Position numbers and translations under genes: made by a program. 64,000 bases of DNA, from contig NW_003314323.1 of assembly GCF_000143415.4 (NCBI RefSeq), positions 124,001 through 188,000 on the forward strand, read 5' to 3'. The stretch is from Selaginella moellendorffii (lineage: Eukaryota > Plantae > Lycopodiophyta). Shown in pieces: positions 61,762 to 64,000 of the stretch (position 1 is the stretch's first letter; each line of letters starts with the position of its first letter). Under the pieces are notes generated by a model. The model was not told where the DNA came from, searched no databases, and saw only the letters and a list, made by a program, of their open reading frames with translations.

Positions 61762-62143
61762 ATGGTGAGTGTGCGCGTTTTGATCGATCATAGCATTGAT
61801 CTCTTTTGATTTCCAGGTGTGTATCGCGTGCTTGCTGCCGATCTTCCTTCTCCCTCTAGTCAACATTCTCCCTCGTCTCTTCGATTTCTTCATGGTATGC
61901 TCAATTTCTCGCGAGGAATTCTCGACGATTTCGTCTCCCATTCTGTGCTTCCAGGCCAAATTCTATCGCGTTTTTAGGCAGGATTATAAGCCGCCAGCTC
62001 GAGCGCCGGCGCAGTGCCCCATTCCATCCATGAGAAAGGTTTGATTCATTCGCCGGGAAGAAAAATTCGTGATCTCTCTGGATTTCCAGGAAGGAAGCAA
62101 AGAGGGAGAATCTCCGCCCGTGGACGATACAAAGAAAGAATAA
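61762..62143 (+). CDS. 72-aa membrane microprotein (plant At5g03460-like; C18orf32/UPF0729-like N-terminus), 4 exons
   Basis: Exons ATG | 61817-61894 | 61955-62038 | 62090-62143 give MVCIACLLPIFLLPLVNILPRLFDFFMAKFYRVFRQDYKPPARAPAQCP...KKE*. Confidence 0.8.
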
Positions 62144-62223
62144 TATAAACAGTGTAAAAGCCCCGGGTTAACATGATGCCCCTTCTTTTTCATCGTCTCG
62201 TCTATTAGGGCATAGCTGAAGCT

Positions 62224-63805
62224 ATGGGTATGGAGCTCGAGCAATGCGAGGAGCAAGGAGGAGCGCGCGTCGAGGATCTTCATCCCGAATCGAGGCCCAG
62301 CATTCTCTGCGTTGGCGCGGCGGGCGTCGGCAAGACGACGATCGCGAATCGTGAGTAATCGCATGAGATTTCTAGTTCTTCTGTCAGATCTAAGCTCGGC
62401 GGCAATTCAGGGTTGAGGCGCGATCGCGAGGTAATTGACGCATCGTCAGGAGCGATCACATGCTATGGGTACGCTGTTAGATCGCACTAGCGCCGAGATT
62501 TACATGAGTTTTCTTCTTCGCGTAAAAGCTGGAAAATCGACACCAAGTACTACACTGCAAATGTAGGAATCTGGACGGCTCGGCTGGAGCAAGAACAAAC
62601 TGACGAGGTTGTGAAGAGACTGGAATCTCTGAGTGGACAGTGCGAAGCGCTCGTCATGGTTTTTGATCTTAGCAACGTAAGCGCATTTCTTTTCTTCTCC
62701 GTCTTATCGAACTTGTATTGTGTTTATAGGATTCTTCGTTTGATCGACTAAAGAACTGGGCGTCCAGAGCAGACTTGACCGCGTTTGAGATACTCCTTTG
62801 CGTTGGAAACAAAGCCGACCGTTTGCCGCAACACTATGGCCACGTCGAGTACCGCCGGAGGCTACAAAGGCTTGGAGAGTCGTCCAGTGATCCTCATCCC
62901 GAGTTTCTGGAATTCGGGATACAAAGGAACGAAGGAAGCTCGTTGCTTGACGACGAAGAGGTCGAGCTCGCAGGGCCAGCTCCCCCAGTTGACGAGAAGA
63001 AGCATAGCAGGATCGAGTGGTGCATCGAGAATGGCATCGAGTACATTGAGGCGTGTGCACTGAACGTTGCCTTTGACGACTGTAAGCACTGCTTCCTTCT
63101 ATCGCTTTTCTAGCTTTACGCTTTTCCTTCTCAGGTTTGTCATTGGATGGAGATTTGCAAGGTGTGTCCCGCATTCGAGGAGCACTGTCGGCTCACATGT
63201 GGCCGGGGATGGTGATGAAGCCAACTCCCAGCAAAGCGACCAGTGAAGCTCAAGCTTGCACACAAGGAGGTGAGAAAGAAATCTCCAAAATACCGTCACG
63301 AGCACGATCTTGTATTCGCGTAGATCCTTCGAGCGACGAGGAGTCCGACTTTACCATCGAGTACGAGCTTCTCTCGAGTGTATCAGACGACGAAGCCTTT
63401 GCCGCTGAGAGCGAAAGCCACCACCGCGAGGATCAAGCGACCGATAGCAGTGTCCTTGAAGCAGCATCAGTGACAGGGCAAGAAGCTACTGCCGATGCGA
63501 GCGAAGAACATGCTGGAGGAGTTAGCGGTGCTTCAGAAACAACACTAGCTGGAGACGATGGTGGAGCTCACGGCGATGGAGAAGAAGAAGTCGGGCATAA
63601 CAATGGACACGAAGCTTCGCAAGTTCGAAGCTCCGGCAATGGCAGCGAAGCGTATAGAATGGACGAGTTTGAGCAGCTGATGCAGGAGATGGCGGGTATG
63701 CGAGAGAATCTCAGTATGATGCCGGACGCACAGCGGCGAGAGATCGCCTCCCAGATCGCGATGAGAATGGCGTCCATGTTTATGGACGACGACGACGACG
63801 AATGA
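62224..63805 (+). CDS. Alpha/gamma-adaptin-binding protein p34 (AAGAB/Irc6)-like
   Basis: GAAGVGKT P-loop, WKIDTKYYTANV, LLCVGNKAD, GVSRIRGALSAHMWPGMVMK, C-terminal FEQLM...PDAQRREIA. Confidence 0.85.
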
Positions 63806-64000
63806 TCGATCATAATAGAAGAAGAAAACTTTACTCGAAACTTCAAGACTTAGAAATCAAAGCTAAAGTCCTTGCTTGGCACCAGAAGACCTCGGCGTTC
63901 CTCGGCAGCTTTTCCACGATCCTGCTCCTACTCAAACATGTTCTTCTCGTCTCGCACAAACTCGGCGAATGGAAACGTCCATGGCGCCGTGCTCCCCCGG

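Noticed and set aside
63860-64000. Possible 3' end of a minus-strand gene at the window edge
   Set aside because: Too short to fix the frame or family.

Overview
Gene-dense land-plant nuclear DNA with very short (about 45-70 nt) spliceosomal introns and many PLS-type PPR remnants. The style suggests a lycophyte such as Selaginella (inference only). Bases ~1-51,200 are a rearrangement hotspot built from one ancestral block: SCY1-like(-), F-box(+), TTI2-like(-), XTH(-), pseudouridine-5'-phosphate glycosidase(-), Ser/Thr kinase(+), DExH/CCCH helicase(+), GatB(+). The block occurs as one inverted copy (~73-4,810, extending to the intact TTI2-like gene at 11.4 kb) and two to three deletion-riddled tandem copies (20.5-53 kb), with largely reciprocal gene loss. 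The single-copy spacer holds tRNA-Gly, an RluA-type pseudouridine synthase, the TTI2-like gene and an unusual island: a dense W-box cluster, a small orphan-family gene, a stand-alone minimal PARP-like ADP-ribosyltransferase and a convergent, decaying FAM172/Arb2-like gene. Bases 51-64 kb are ordinary compact genes: GatB, CAS (with a tRNA-Thr inside intron 1), MLO, a degenerate tRNA-Asp, an SLC25A44-like carrier, a RING-CH E3, a 72-aa membrane microprotein and an AAGAB/p34-like gene. All exon models were read by eye and family calls rest on recalled motifs; no database searches were run.
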